A DNA stretch of 64,000 nt, taken from the IMG/VR virus record IMGVR_UViG_3300046507_000662; one strand, 5' to 3'. Of this stretch, positions 1-9,622 are shown in pieces (the first letter of the stretch is position 1; each line of letters opens with the position of its first letter). The translations under genes were made by a program, and so were the position numbers. The stretch is from an uncultured virus (IMG/VR IMGVR_UViG_3300046507_000662). Lineage: Duplodnaviria > Heunggongvirae > Uroviricota > Caudoviricetes. The notes under the pieces were generated by a model, which saw only the letters and a program-made list of their open reading frames with translations, was not told the DNA's origin and did no database searches.

Positions 1-70
1 GTCCAGAGTGAATCACCTTGGACCGTCCCCCGGGTGGGGATGATCAAGCCTCCGTCACCGGGAGTGACCA

Positions 71-460
71 TCACAGCCACCGCACCGACGCCGCGTTGAT
101 CACCAGGTGCATGGTGTTGTCGGCAATGATCATCAGCCAGACGGCGAGCCAGGCCGGCTGGTCCTGGTGGTAGCCCGTCGCCGAGCACTCTGACCATGGG
201 TGCCAGTAGGCCTTTGGGGCGAGGAAGTTCTTGGCCCAGACGATGTGCCGAGCAAGCCGGTAGTGATCGATGACTGCATGAGTCGCGACGATCACAACGA
301 GAGCCGGCACTGACCTCGTGATGAGGATGAACGGCAGGCCGTAGGTGATGGCGTGCGCCCATGCTGGCCACCAGCGCTTGGTCTTCTCGGTTGCCATCCA
401 GTGGGACTGGGTCAGGTAGTCGCCGACCAGGTGAGCGAGGAGGATGCCGAGCGCGGTCAC
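71..460 (-). CDS. DUF3307-like membrane protein
   Basis: AHLVGDYLTQ...HAVID...IADNTMH motifs, hydrophobic; GTG start overlaps the upstream stop (GTGA). Confidence 0.75.
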   Translation of the reverse strand: MTALGILLAHLVGDYLTQSHWMATEKTKRWWPAWAHAITYGLPFILITRSVPALVVIVATHAVIDHYRLARHIVWAKNFLAPKAYWHPWSECSATGYHQDQPAWLAVWLMIIADNTMHLVINAASVRWL

Positions 461-843
461 TGGTTCCATCCTCCCGGCTGGGCAACGGCGGTCTCCTTGG
501 CATGACAGCTCTGGCACAGTCCGCGTCCGTGCTTCGGGTCGTCGGGGTCCAGGCCTTGGGCTGTGAGCTCGCGTCGGCTGAGTGGCCAGTGGTCGGCGTG
601 TACGGATCGTTGGCCGCAGGGTGAGCCGTGACCGTGGCTCTCCTCGGCACAGACGCACAGTGGATCGCGGGCCAGCACGCCGGGTCTGAAGCGCTGCTCG
701 TGTTGCTTGCCGTATCCGCGTTGCCGTGCCGTGCCACGTCGCTGCTCTGCCTCGGATCGGCAGCCGTCACACTTGCCGCCCTTGTCCGTGAACTCGGGGC
801 ATCGCGGTGTTGAGCAGACGCGCCAGCCGGTTCGTCGTGGCAT
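457..843 (-). CDS. Phage HNH-type endonuclease (packaging-associated type)
   Basis: N-terminal CxxxxC...CxxC, RGY motif, LC...HADH...GLCQSCH; typical of genes preceding terminase. Confidence 0.75.
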   Translation of the reverse strand: MPRRTGWRVCSTPRCPEFTDKGGKCDGCRSEAEQRRGTARQRGYGKQHEQRFRPGVLARDPLCVCAEESHGHGSPCGQRSVHADHWPLSRRELTAQGLDPDDPKHGRGLCQSCHAKETAVAQPGGWNQ

Positions 844-862
844 GGCGGCCTCCTCGCTGCGG

Positions 863-1099
863 TCAGCAGGTGCAGCCTGCTGCGAGGTGGGCGGGTACGT
901 GGGCGACGAGATCGCAGGGGCATTCGTCGTGTTGGTGCCAGCATCCGCACAGGTTGTGGTTGTGGGTCCACCACGGGTCGCTGCTGATCTCGGGGTGCAG
1001 GTTGGGTCCGCATGGCGGGCCTGGTGTCTGCGGTCGCGCGGTGGGGAGTGTGGCGCGTGGCCCGCGTGGCTGCCGGTGCGGCGGCTTGCGCTTCCTCAC
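863..1099 (-). CDS. Small Cys/His-rich hypothetical protein
   Basis: ORF fills the gap between flanking genes. Confidence 0.4.
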   Translation of the reverse strand: MRKRKPPHRQPRGPRATLPTARPQTPGPPCGPNLHPEISSDPWWTHNHNLCGCWHQHDECPCDLVAHVPAHLAAGCTC

Positions 1100-1111
1100 G
1101 CGATCCTCCCT

Positions 1112-1420
1112 CTACGTGATGCCGAGGTAGCCGGACAGGCGGACGATGTTCTCGGAGCCGGGTGGGTCGAAGGACACGTAGACGCGGTAGTCGCCTGCGG
1201 CCAGGGTGAGCGCGCCACTGTCGGGTCCGACGAGGAGCCGCGCCTCGGTGCCGTTGGCCCACGTCCCGGTCTGCCAGTCGGTGACCGTCGGGTTGCCGCG
1301 GTTCGAGGTGGGCAGGAACGCGAGCTTCGGTGGGGTGCCGGTGATGTTGACTCCGGCAGGTGGGGTGACGGGGATGCGGACGTATTCGGTGGTGGTGGCG
1401 GGCAGTTGCATGTCCACCAC
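1112..1420 (-). CDS. Hypothetical phage protein (beta-rich, possibly virion-associated)
   Basis: Coding-like composition; lies in an operon with 1424-2751. Confidence 0.65.
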   Translation of the reverse strand: MVDMQLPATTTEYVRIPVTPPAGVNITGTPPKLAFLPTSNRGNPTVTDWQTGTWANGTEARLLVGPDSGALTLAAGDYRVYVSFDPPGSENIVRLSGYLGIT

Positions 1421-1423
1421 CTC

Positions 1424-2272
1424 TCAATGCGGTTCGCCCACGGACCACGACGCGCCTGTCGGTTGGCCTGCGGTCCATGGGCTGTAGGGCTGGCCGATGG
1501 TGACGTCGATGTCGTCGTCACCCACGCGGGAACCCAGGGTTACGGCCGTCGCGATCTCGGCTGCTGGCGTGAGGGTGTGGGTCTTGCGTCGGCCCAGTGC
1601 GACGGCCGTCTCGATGCCGGTCGCGAGGGGCGGGAGCTTCGTCTTCCGGGCGCCGAGCGTCCGCGCGGTGTCCGTCTCGCCGGCCGTACCGAGGGCGACG
1701 CGGGTTCCGGTGATGTTGACGTTGTCGAACTCGGCGAAGTCGGCGGTGCCGCTGTCGCGGTGGGCGATGAGCTGGAACTCAAGATTGGCGTCGGCGACCC
1801 ATGCCGGACTGGCGAGGGTGCGCCGGGTGGTCCAGGTCGCGGCATCGGGGCTGGTGTCCCAGGAGACCGTGCCGCCTGTTTCCCGTACTCGGAGCCACGC
1901 GTGAGCGGTTGGCGAGTAGGGGATGTTCACGGCTGCGGCGTCGAAGAATCCGGTGCGGGAGAACATGACGAGTTCGCCGGTCAACGCTCTCAGCTCGAAG
2001 CCGAGGTCCGTGCCGCCTGTGCTCGACTTGATGAGGATCTGCGCCCACGCTTCGGTGGTGGCGCCTCCTGCCGCGGGCGGGTAGCCGCGCAGGTAGATCG
2101 AGGATCCGGCGAGCGTGTACGCGAGGGCTGAGCTGTAGGCGTTGAAGCCGGTGTCGCAGGAGACGCGGGCGCGGCCGCCGACCTCCGAGTATGTGCCGAA
2201 GCTGTTGGGCCATTTCGCGGGGTCGACGATGCCGTCGTTGAAGTCGTCGACGAGGGTGGAGATGAGCGCCAT
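1424..2272 (-). CDS. Hypothetical phage protein with lectin/beta-sandwich-like domain (possible virion accessory)
   Basis: DDFNDG...W N-terminus, WLRVRE, FDNVNI beta-sandwich-like motifs; RBS GGGAGG. Confidence 0.7.
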   Translation of the reverse strand: MALISTLVDDFNDGIVDPAKWPNSFGTYSEVGGRARVSCDTGFNAYSSALAYTLAGSSIYLRGYPPAAGGATTEAWAQILIKSSTGGTDLGFELRALTGELVMFSRTGFFDAAAVNIPYSPTAHAWLRVRETGGTVSWDTSPDAATWTTRRTLASPAWVADANLEFQLIAHRDSGTADFAEFDNVNITGTRVALGTAGETDTARTLGARKTKLPPLATGIETAVALGRRKTHTLTPAAEIATAVTLGSRVGDDDIDVTIGQPYSPWTAGQPTGASWSVGEPH

Positions 2273-2298
2273 GGTTCATCCCTCCCGGGCGGCCGGGG

Positions 2299-2751
2299 TC
2301 AGGCGGCGCTGTTGGCGCGGTAGAAGTCCGCAACAGTTGCTGCGATATCGCTGCCGTCGGGGGTCAAAGCGAAATCGTGTTTCGTCAGCGGGATCGTTGT
2401 CGCGTCGTTCGGTGCGGTGTTGTCGGGCACGTAGCAGATGACGATCGCGCTGATCGGGTTGCCCGTTGCACCTGTCCAGACGATGTCTGCGGAGTCGACA
2501 GCCACGCGGTCGTTGGTGTCGTCGACGGTCACGGTCACGCCCGACAAAGTCTTGCGGCCCATGGTCGTCTGCTCGTTGCTCGCGCCGGCGAGGAGGGTCT
2601 GCAGGTCGTGGTAGTCCCGCATGGTTGCATCGGAGACGATGCCTGCGGTTTCGATGGGCACGGCGATGAGGGCGTCGTTGGCGGCGGGGAGGGACGCGTA
2701 GTAGGCGACCTTGCCGAGGGCGATGTTCTGGACGATGGACGGCACCGTCAA
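2299..2751 (-). CDS. Hypothetical phage protein (minor tail/structural-like)
   Basis: RBS GAAGGAG; sequence type common in actinophage structural-adjacent regions. Confidence 0.7.
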   Translation of the reverse strand: MTVPSIVQNIALGKVAYYASLPAANDALIAVPIETAGIVSDATMRDYHDLQTLLAGASNEQTTMGRKTLSGVTVTVDDTNDRVAVDSADIVWTGATGNPISAIVICYVPDNTAPNDATTIPLTKHDFALTPDGSDIAATVADFYRANSAA

Positions 2752-2822
2752 CTCCTTCCGCGCTGGTCACGATCTGGTCGTTGGCGTGTACGCCTTGTGT
2801 GTGGGCTGTCATCATTCGCGGC

Positions 2823-3326
2823 ATGTCTGAGCTGACCGATGCGCCTGCCGTGCCGCCGTTGCCCGAGAATCCGCCTGCTGCAGGGAGGCGTTGGCCGCGT
2901 CCGCTGGTGACCGGGCTTGCCGGTCTTGTCGTTGGGGCGGGCGCCGTGGGTTTGGTGTGGGGCCTGTCCGACGGCGGATCGAGCGCGCCGAAGACGTTCA
3001 CGCTGCGGGGGTCGATGACGTTGACCGATCCGACGGCGCTGGATTTCGACCACAAGGCGTGCGGCGGGTCGGACGGTTATGGCGACATCCGTCAGGGCGC
3101 CGGGGTAACGGTGTACGACGCTGAGGGGAAGGTTCTCGGTACGGGCGCGTTGGGTGCTGGCCGATACGCCAGCGAGGATTCGACGGCTCCGTGCGTGTTC
3201 GCCGTGAAGGTGCCGGGTGTCCCGGAGGGCTCGAAGTTCTACCAGGTGGAGATCTCGCACCGGGGGAAGGTCACCGTGTCGTCGGCTGAAGCGAAGGCGG
3301 GGAAGTTCGCCGCGTCGCTGGGCTGA
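2823..3326 (+). CDS. Membrane-anchored extracellular protein
   Basis: Single TM segment, then a Cys-paired beta domain (GYGDI...G motif). Confidence 0.7.
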   Translation: MSELTDAPAVPPLPENPPAAGRRWPRPLVTGLAGLVVGAGAVGLVWGLSDGGSSAPKTFTLRGSMTLTDPTALDFDHKACGGSDGYGDIRQGAGVTVYDAEGKVLGTGALGAGRYASEDSTAPCVFAVKVPGVPEGSKFYQVEISHRGKVTVSSAEAKAGKFAASLG

Positions 3327-3329
3327 CGG

Positions 3330-3515
3330 TCAAGCTGTTGCCGTGCAGGGCTGAATGGTCCAGCAGTCGGCGTTTGTGGCGGCGTTGAGTGCGGGCCACG
3401 TCTTGAGTCCGTCGCGAGCGCGTTCGGCTTCAGCCTCGCTGTCGTAGGGCCCGAAAGCCTGCTGGATGCCGGAGCGGTCCAGGTGCCACAGCAGCAGCAC
3501 ATAGCGCGTAGTCAT
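3330..3515 (-). CDS. Small hypothetical protein
   Basis: RBS GGAGG upstream; coding-like. Confidence 0.55.
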   Translation of the reverse strand: MTTRYVLLLWHLDRSGIQQAFGPYDSEAEAERARDGLKTWPALNAATNADCWTIQPCTATA

Positions 3516-3528
3516 GCTTCCTCCGACG

Positions 3529-4353
3529 TCAGCTCCACGACCAGCCCTTAACGTACTCGATGTCCATCTGGGCGCTGGTGTTCGGTGCCGGGGCTGGCCC
3601 TTCGAGGGCGGTCTCGTTCTGGATGTCCCAGCTCATGGCGGTGTTGGGGACGGCCGTGGTGCTGTGGCCGGCCGTGCGCCCGTCGATGGCCAGGGTGACG
3701 CTGCCGGGCTGCCAGGTGATCACCGTGGTGTGCCAGTCGGTCCACTTTGCGCGGGCGTCGTAGGCGTCCTGGTCGCCGCCGATGCTGTTGAGGTGGTGGG
3801 CGTAGCCGTTGACGCTGCCCGTCCAGTTACCTTCGGGGAAGTCGATTTCGCAGTTGGGGCAGGCGCTGTCCGTCACGGGCCAGAGCAGGTGCGCGCTCTT
3901 GTAGCCGGTCGCGGCCTTGGAGACGCGCCATCGTTCCTCGTACCGGCCGTACCGCTGGCCCATCAGGGCCTTGGGGACGACGGTCGCGGAGTGGACGGGG
4001 CCGGAGGCGCCGCGCCACATGCGGATGTGGAGCTGTCCACCGGAGATCCACAGGGTGGTGGCGGGGTCGTAGTAGCCGCCGACCGGATAGTGGCGTTGGG
4101 TGGCGGTGTCGGGCCAGCCCGCGGGGTACGCCCACCAGCTGGCGCGGACGGTGCCGGTGAGGCCGCCGCAGTACGCCTTCGGGGTGTCCACGGCGTGATT
4201 GCAGTCCGTGAAACGGCCCTTGGCGACGGGGGTGTTGAATCCGTCGGTGAAGCGTAGGTGCCAGGTCGGGGTGCTGCCGGCCGCGGTGGGTGCGGTGAGG
4301 CTGGCGAGCAGGAGGCCGGCGGCGAGTGCGGCGGTTGTGAGGATGCGGCGCAT
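3529..4353 (-). CDS. Secreted glycoside hydrolase family 16-like protein
   Basis: Signal peptide MRRILTTAALAAG...; EIDFPE catalytic motif; YGRYE and WHTTVITW motifs. Confidence 0.8.
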   Translation of the reverse strand: MRRILTTAALAAGLLLASLTAPTAAGSTPTWHLRFTDGFNTPVAKGRFTDCNHAVDTPKAYCGGLTGTVRASWWAYPAGWPDTATQRHYPVGGYYDPATTLWISGGQLHIRMWRGASGPVHSATVVPKALMGQRYGRYEERWRVSKAATGYKSAHLLWPVTDSACPNCEIDFPEGNWTGSVNGYAHHLNSIGGDQDAYDARAKWTDWHTTVITWQPGSVTLAIDGRTAGHSTTAVPNTAMSWDIQNETALEGPAPAPNTSAQMDIEYVKGWSWS

Positions 4354-4366
4354 GGCACCCCCAGGT

Positions 4367-4606
4367 CTATGGCGTGGTGGCGCTGGGTGTGGGGTTCGGC
4401 GCGCTCGGTGCAGTGGTCGGCGTGGGCGTGGGCGAAGGCGACACGGGCGGGGTCGGCTGGAGTGTCGTGGATGGCGCCGTGCTCGGCGGCTTGCTCGGTG
4501 TTGCCGTCGTGGTGCTGGGTGCGGGGCTGGGGTTGTCGTGGGTGCAGGCGACGGGTCCGACGAGGAACGCGGCGACGAACAGGGCGGTGATGAGGGGGCG
4601 GCGCAC
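4367..4606 (-). CDS. Small Pro/Thr-rich lipoprotein
   Basis: Signal peptide ending in lipobox-like VAC; RBS AGGAG. Confidence 0.6.
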   Translation of the reverse strand: MRRPLITALFVAAFLVGPVACTHDNPSPAPSTTTATPSKPPSTAPSTTLQPTPPVSPSPTPTPTTAPSAPNPTPSATTP

Positions 4607-4780
4607 GGTTCTCCTGGTGTGGGGGTGTTGGCGAGTCCCGCCGCCCTCGGCGGGGGTCCGATTGGGCGGCGGGACGTTCGGGGTTTGTGTCCGCCCGGTC
4701 CCCTTCCCAAGGGCCGGGCGGACGTGGGCCGAGCGCGGTGCGCTTCGAGGCCCGTCCCTGCGGCGCCCACCGCAGGGAGA

Positions 4781-5062
4781 TCAGGCGGCGCGGGCGTGGG
4801 GTCCGCGGCTGTTTGCGGCGGGGTCGGCGGGGCGGTGTTTGGCGCCGCCTGCTGCTGCTTGCCGGATGGTGGGGAGGTGGAAGTACTGGCCGGCTGGGCC
4901 GTCGAGGACGGGTTCGATCTTTCCTCTGGTCATCCAGACGCGGATGGTGCCGGGTTTTACGCCTGCGGTGCGGGCGGCTTCCCAGAGGTCGCCGAGGTCG
5001 CGGCTGCCTTCGAGTTGGGCGAAGTGGATTTCTATGCCGTCTGGGTTGGGGTAGGCGACCAC
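4781..5062 (-). CDS. MerR/Xis-like HTH protein
   Basis: EAARTAGVKPGTIRVWMTRGKI; RBS GGAGG. Confidence 0.7.
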   Translation of the reverse strand: MVAYPNPDGIEIHFAQLEGSRDLGDLWEAARTAGVKPGTIRVWMTRGKIEPVLDGPAGQYFHLPTIRQAAAGGAKHRPADPAANSRGPHARAA

Positions 5063-5153
5063 GTCACCTCCTCGTGGTACGAGAAAGCCCCCGACCGGTG
5101 TGTTCACGGCGGGGGCTTAAGGAGCGTGTTGTGACTCGTGTGCCACGATCAAG

Positions 5154-5184
5154 AATGTGACTTACAGATGGGCGATCTGTCAAG
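5154..5184 (-). promoter_or_regulatory. Leftward sigma-70-type promoter with overlapping inverted repeat
   Basis: Minus strand TTGACA...CACATT; inverted repeat ACAGAT-N5-ATCTGT. Confidence 0.5.
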
Positions 5185-5253
5185 CCCGTCTCTCCTGGGC
5201 ACCTCTCGGCCGCTGTGTTCATCGGTGATCGGCGGCGGCTTTGGGCTGCTCGT

Positions 5254-5619
5254 TCACGGCGCCCACTCGTTCCGGTAGTCGGGGTATCCGGCGTAGGGCA
5301 GGGCAAGGATGGCGAGTCGCCGGTTGACGCGCCTGTCACGTCCGCAGCCACAGGGGCCGCCACGTCCCGACTCGAAACCCAGTTGCTGGTCGACGACGGC
5401 GGGGCAGGTGTACCACTCGTCATCGACCGTCTGATGGCCCTCGGCGAGCAGGTCGTCGATGAGGGCGAGCTTGGCGTCGAGGTCGGCAAGGAGCCGCGTC
5501 GGGTCGATAGGGGTGCCCTGATACCGCTGCGAAGTGATGCCGCTGGCATTCCAGTTGGCGCGGATCGCTGCGCCATCTTCCGTGTACCGGGCCCGCAGGA
5601 AGTCGGCGATCTCGCTCAC
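5254..5619 (-). CDS. DUF6221-like protein
   Basis: IADFLRAR...DPTRLLADLDAK...LALPYAGYPDYRNEW pattern. Confidence 0.7.
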   Translation of the reverse strand: MSEIADFLRARYTEDGAAIRANWNASGITSQRYQGTPIDPTRLLADLDAKLALIDDLLAEGHQTVDDEWYTCPAVVDQQLGFESGRGGPCGCGRDRRVNRRLAILALPYAGYPDYRNEWAP

Positions 5620-5816
5620 GGCTGCCTTCTGACTGTGGGCCTGCCGCCGATCCCGGTTTTGATGCTGCCGCCGGGGTGGAGGTGGCCGTCGGCTTGGGCG
5701 AGCATGTCGAGGCCGCGTCCGAGGACGGCGACGGGGTCTTCGCCGCGGTAGCAGTGGCGGAGGATCTGCCACATGCGGAGTGTGGGCTGCAGCACCGGGA
5801 GGGAGCGGCCGGTCAC
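5616..5816 (-). CDS. Small hypothetical protein
   Basis: Start/stop overlaps with both neighbours. Confidence 0.55.
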   Translation of the reverse strand: MTGRSLPVLQPTLRMWQILRHCYRGEDPVAVLGRGLDMLAQADGHLHPGGSIKTGIGGRPTVRRQP

Positions 5817-6520
5817 GCCGCGACTCCTGCCGTTTCAGCGAGCACTTGCTCTTGTGCGGTGCGAAGCTGGCGCCACTCTCCGAGGGTTTCCCAGCGGCTT
5901 CCGCAGGTGCCGCATCGGACGCGGTGGGAGGCGGCTGTGGCGGTGAGTGGCTGTCCGCAGAGGGTGTCGTTGGTGCGGGTGGGGCATAGGCCGATGGCGA
6001 CGCGTCCGGGTCGGCGTTCGTTGTTGACGATGGCGGTGCATTCGCCGTGGAGTTTACGGAGGTCGTCGATGTCCTGGCCGACGGATTCGTAGGACCCGCA
6101 TGCCCACAGCAGGTTGTCGGCAAGGAACTTGGCGTGGGCGGGGACGGCCTGCGCCGGGCTGCCGCGCCACGGAGCGATGGGCCAGTCGAGCGCGTTGCGC
6201 CACGAGTCCTCGATGTCCCGGAGTCGGGCTGCGACGCCGCCGGGGCCGACGAGGGCGAGAACTTCGAGCCGGGGCGGGATGGGCGGGGTTTTGCTGCCGG
6301 AGTTGCCGCCGCCTATCCGGCTGGCGCCGCGCATGAGGGCGGCTGTGGTGTTGAGCTGCCGGAACAGGGCGGGGAGTTCGGTGATGCGGCGGCTGGTGGC
6401 GTCTTCGCAGGGGCGGCAGGCCTGGCGTCCGGTTTCGGTGATCCAGAGTTGCCGCCCGCATTGGGGAGTGCTGCAGGTCGGCCAGTCGTATTCCTCGAGC
6501 GCGGTGGGCTGGTCGTGCAC
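5813..6520 (-). CDS. Zinc-binding phage protein
   Basis: Multiple Cys pairs (CSTPQC, CRPC, CGTC). Confidence 0.7.
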   Translation of the reverse strand: MHDQPTALEEYDWPTCSTPQCGRQLWITETGRQACRPCEDATSRRITELPALFRQLNTTAALMRGASRIGGGNSGSKTPPIPPRLEVLALVGPGGVAARLRDIEDSWRNALDWPIAPWRGSPAQAVPAHAKFLADNLLWACGSYESVGQDIDDLRKLHGECTAIVNNERRPGRVAIGLCPTRTNDTLCGQPLTATAASHRVRCGTCGSRWETLGEWRQLRTAQEQVLAETAGVAA

Positions 6521-6569
6521 GTTCGGCTCCCTCGTCTGCGGGCCGGCCCCGCTGCCCGGGGAAGTTGGG

Positions 6570-6892
6570 CGGGCGGGGCCGTGGTGTGCCTGGGTGCTTG
6601 GGGCGGACGCGGCCGGAGCACTTCGGCTTGGTGTTGATGCTGTCGCAGGTTGGGGGGTTTGTCTGAGCTGCCTTCCCCCCGGGCGGTCCCGTGTGCGGGT
6701 ATGGGTCGGCCCCGCCGGTCTGGGGATGACTGGCGGGGCCGTTGTGCTCGGGGGCCTGGGGTGGGCTGGTCCGAGCTGGGTGTTGCGCGGCTTGCGGTGC
6801 TTGGGGCGGGGGGACGCTTCCGGAGCTCCGGGCCGTGCAGTTCTGATGGTGGCGTACGGGCGGGGGTTTGTCTGAGGCGCTTCCCCCCGGGC
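6570..6892. repeat. Imperfect direct repeats downstream of tra ATPase (candidate clt)
   Basis: GGGGGTTTGTCTGAG-N3/4-CTTCCCCCCGGGC at 6653-6684 and 6862-6892; GGTGCTTGGGGCGG also occurs twice. Confidence 0.55.
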
Positions 6893-6895
6893 CGG

Positions 6896-9187
6896 TCAGG
6901 CGGCGGCGTCGTTCGGGGTGGGGCCGAGGCCGTACTTACCGCGGACGGCCTGGCCGCTGCCGGGCATGCGGTGGATTCGCCCCTCCTTGACCAGCCGTGA
7001 AAGCCGGTTCTCAAGGGTGGAGGTGGTGAGCGCGGCGAGCTTCTCGATGTCGTCCTTGTGCGTGTAGATGACCTCTTCGCCCATCGGGTCGGCGGCGTCC
7101 TGGAGGACGGCGAGGATCTTCTCGTCGGCGGTGGGTTCCTTCGGCGGGCCGGCCAGGGTGGCGCTGCCGCCGGTGCTGCTTTCCATGACGATGCCCTCGT
7201 CTTCGTCGTCGCCGAGGATGGACGTCTGGGCGATCTCGTGCCGGTTGTCCCAGTCGGGCCAGTCGGCGGGGTAGGCGATGGCGGTCTCGTCGATGTAGGG
7301 GGCGGCGGACTCGAGGATGAAGTCGCGCATCATTTCGGCGGCTCCGCCGGGGCCGAGGGTGTAGCCGAGGCCGAAGGTGGATTCGGGGTCCTGGAGGGCG
7401 ATGCTCTCGTCGTAGATGAGCGGGCGGTCGACGTCCCAGGCGGCGGGGATCTGGCCGGGGTCGACGCCTTCGAAGCCGGTGGTGACGAGGTTGCTCTGGT
7501 CGGAGTCGGTGCGGAGCATGACGAGGGAGCCGCCCTGGATGACGTTGGTTCGCAAGGCGGTGGAGCCGCCGAGCTTGTCGGCGTTCACGGCCTGGTTGAC
7601 GACGGTCAGGATGATGCCGAGCGAGCGGGCCTTGGCCGCCAGGGCTTCGACGATGATCCGGGCTTCCTTGCGGTACTGGACCAGTTCGGACAGTGGGACG
7701 TGGGCTTCGTCGAGGATGACGCGGACCCAGGGGCGTTCGGGCGTGGCGATGAAGTTCTTCATCTTCAGCCGCGCGGACTCTTCGATCCGCCACTGCAGCA
7801 GGGCGTAGGCGACGCGCAGGGCTCCCATGCAGCCGTCTTCGCCGAGGCCGGGGTAGCAGGCCATCTCTTCGACGTCTGGGTTGGAGGAGCCCTTGGGGTC
7901 GGCGTAGATGATGGCGTGGCCGTTGACGTGGTCGGCGAGGGCGACGATCTGGATGAGGCCGCCCTTGCCGGATCCGGTGACCCCGGCGATGAAGAGGTGC
8001 TTGGCGCCCAGTTTGGGGTCGACGAACTGGATGCGGGCGGGGAATCCGGAGACGTGCTGGCCGATCTGGACGTAGCCGCCCTTGGAGATCTTCAGGACGT
8101 GGGTGCCGGGGAACGGGACGCCCTTCTTGAGGGGGTTGTGCTTCATCAGGCGGATGATGCCGCGGCGGGGGTCTCCGGGGACGGGGGCGTAGGAGCAGAG
8201 GAGGGTGTTGGTACGGAGGGCGCCGGCGAGGGCGGCCCGGTCGGGGACGGGCAGCTTGTCGAGGTTCTCTCCTGCGGTGACGTGGGCGACTTCGCCGCCG
8301 GTGTTGGGGTCGGTCTGGACGTCTTCGAGGTGGGTGCCGGCCATGACGCCGCCGGAGCGTGCGGCCCACTTGCGCCAGGCGCCTTGGAGGGTGTTGGTGT
8401 CGAGTTCGAGGGGCGGGACCAGGTTGACGGTGATGTGGCGTTCGCCGGAGTGGGCGCCGTCCTCGAAGCGGATCCAGGCGGCGCGGACCTGGTAGGGGGT
8501 GGACTGGTAGGCGCTGGAGACGGTGTCGGCGGTGACGGTGACGGACTGGCCTGCGGGGGCGGTGATGGTGCCTTGCCAGCGCATCGTGGACAGGGTGCGG
8601 ATCTCGATGTTCTGGCCCCTGTGGGTGCCGGTTTCCCGGTTGGAGACGATCTGGTGCCAGCGGTAGGCGATCTGCTCTGCGGGGGTGAGGGGTTCGGGTG
8701 TGGGGCTGGGTGCATCGGCCGCGGGAGCAGGCTGCTTGGGGATGCGGACGCGGCCGAGGACCTTGCGGAGTTTGAGGGGGACGAAGCCGACGGCGGCCCA
8801 CCAGCCGAGGGAGACGATGCCTGGCACGCTGAGCGGGGTCAGGAAGCCGGCCAGGAGGGCGTCGGCGCCATCGGGGCCCTGGAGGACGCCGAGGGCGAGT
8901 GCCATGCCGCTGGTGAGGGTGGAGATGGCCAGGGGGGTGCGGTGGGCGCGGAGGATGTCGGCGGCCGGGAGATGGTTCTGCAGGCCGGGTGGGAGCCGGT
9001 TCATGTAGTTGGCGGTGGTGAGGGCGGCAACGCTGCCGTAGGCGAGTGTGGTGAGGAAGGCGGCGCTGCCGTCGAGGAAGGGGGAGCCCATGCCGATGAC
9101 GATGGGGGCGGCGCTGGTGATGCTGGCGATACGGCGTTCTGTGGTGCTGGCGGCGGGCTGGCTGGTGGTGTTCGCGTTGATGCTCAT
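6896..9187 (-). CDS. traB: FtsK/SpoIIIE-family conjugative DNA translocase (TraB-like)
   Basis: N-terminal TM segments, Walker A GVTGSGKG, Walker B ILDEAH, ARSLGI motif, C-terminal winged helix. Confidence 0.85.
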   Translation of the reverse strand: MSINANTTSQPAASTTERRIASITSAAPIVIGMGSPFLDGSAAFLTTLAYGSVAALTTANYMNRLPPGLQNHLPAADILRAHRTPLAISTLTSGMALALGVLQGPDGADALLAGFLTPLSVPGIVSLGWWAAVGFVPLKLRKVLGRVRIPKQPAPAADAPSPTPEPLTPAEQIAYRWHQIVSNRETGTHRGQNIEIRTLSTMRWQGTITAPAGQSVTVTADTVSSAYQSTPYQVRAAWIRFEDGAHSGERHITVNLVPPLELDTNTLQGAWRKWAARSGGVMAGTHLEDVQTDPNTGGEVAHVTAGENLDKLPVPDRAALAGALRTNTLLCSYAPVPGDPRRGIIRLMKHNPLKKGVPFPGTHVLKISKGGYVQIGQHVSGFPARIQFVDPKLGAKHLFIAGVTGSGKGGLIQIVALADHVNGHAIIYADPKGSSNPDVEEMACYPGLGEDGCMGALRVAYALLQWRIEESARLKMKNFIATPERPWVRVILDEAHVPLSELVQYRKEARIIVEALAAKARSLGIILTVVNQAVNADKLGGSTALRTNVIQGGSLVMLRTDSDQSNLVTTGFEGVDPGQIPAAWDVDRPLIYDESIALQDPESTFGLGYTLGPGGAAEMMRDFILESAAPYIDETAIAYPADWPDWDNRHEIAQTSILGDDEDEGIVMESSTGGSATLAGPPKEPTADEKILAVLQDAADPMGEEVIYTHKDDIEKLAALTTSTLENRLSRLVKEGRIHRMPGSGQAVRGKYGLGPTPNDAAA

Positions 9188-9236
9188 CGGGGATTCCTTC
9201 GAGGGTGCGGCGGGTTCGGGGGCGGGCGTAGCGGGG

Positions 9237-9617
9237 CTATTCCTGGGTGAGCCAGTCGTTGTCGACGTCGTGGATGCCGACTGCGGGTGAGGCGTTGACC
9301 TGCTCGCTGATGGCCTGGTGGCTGTTGACGGCTTCGTCGTGGCTGGCTCGGGCGAGGCGGGTGGTGGTGTCCCCGGCGGAGGCGTATTGGATGGCCTGCT
9401 CGGACACCCCGAGCATGATCTTCGCGAGTTCCTGGGTTTCGCCGACGGTGTCCTTGTCGACGCGCTTCGCGGAGATCATGTCGGCGACGTGGGCGGTGTC
9501 GCGGGATTCGCCGTCGATGAACTGGGACCAGCCGCGGAGGGCTTCGGCGTCGGCCATGATCTCGTTGCCGAAGTCGGTGACGAGCCGGAGGAACTGTTCG
9601 TAGCGGGTGTCTGCCAT
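9237..9617 (-). CDS. Small helical conjugation-associated protein
   Basis: All-helical ~126 aa; operonic with the TraB-like gene. Confidence 0.7.
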   Translation of the reverse strand: MADTRYEQFLRLVTDFGNEIMADAEALRGWSQFIDGESRDTAHVADMISAKRVDKDTVGETQELAKIMLGVSEQAIQYASAGDTTTRLARASHDEAVNSHQAISEQVNASPAVGIHDVDNDWLTQE

Positions 9618-9622
9618 GGGGG

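Noticed and set aside
20..48. TCCCC-N5-GGGGATGA hairpin resembling a CRISPR repeat or cos region
   Set aside because: Single copy with wrong stem geometry at the window edge; it could be near a cos site but cannot be supported from this window.
7058..9250. Long plus-strand ORFs antisense to real genes (also 12776-14470, 707-2131 and many Arg/Pro-rich ORFs)
   Set aside because: Shadow ORFs expected at this GC content; no motifs or RBS, and they overlap better-supported genes.
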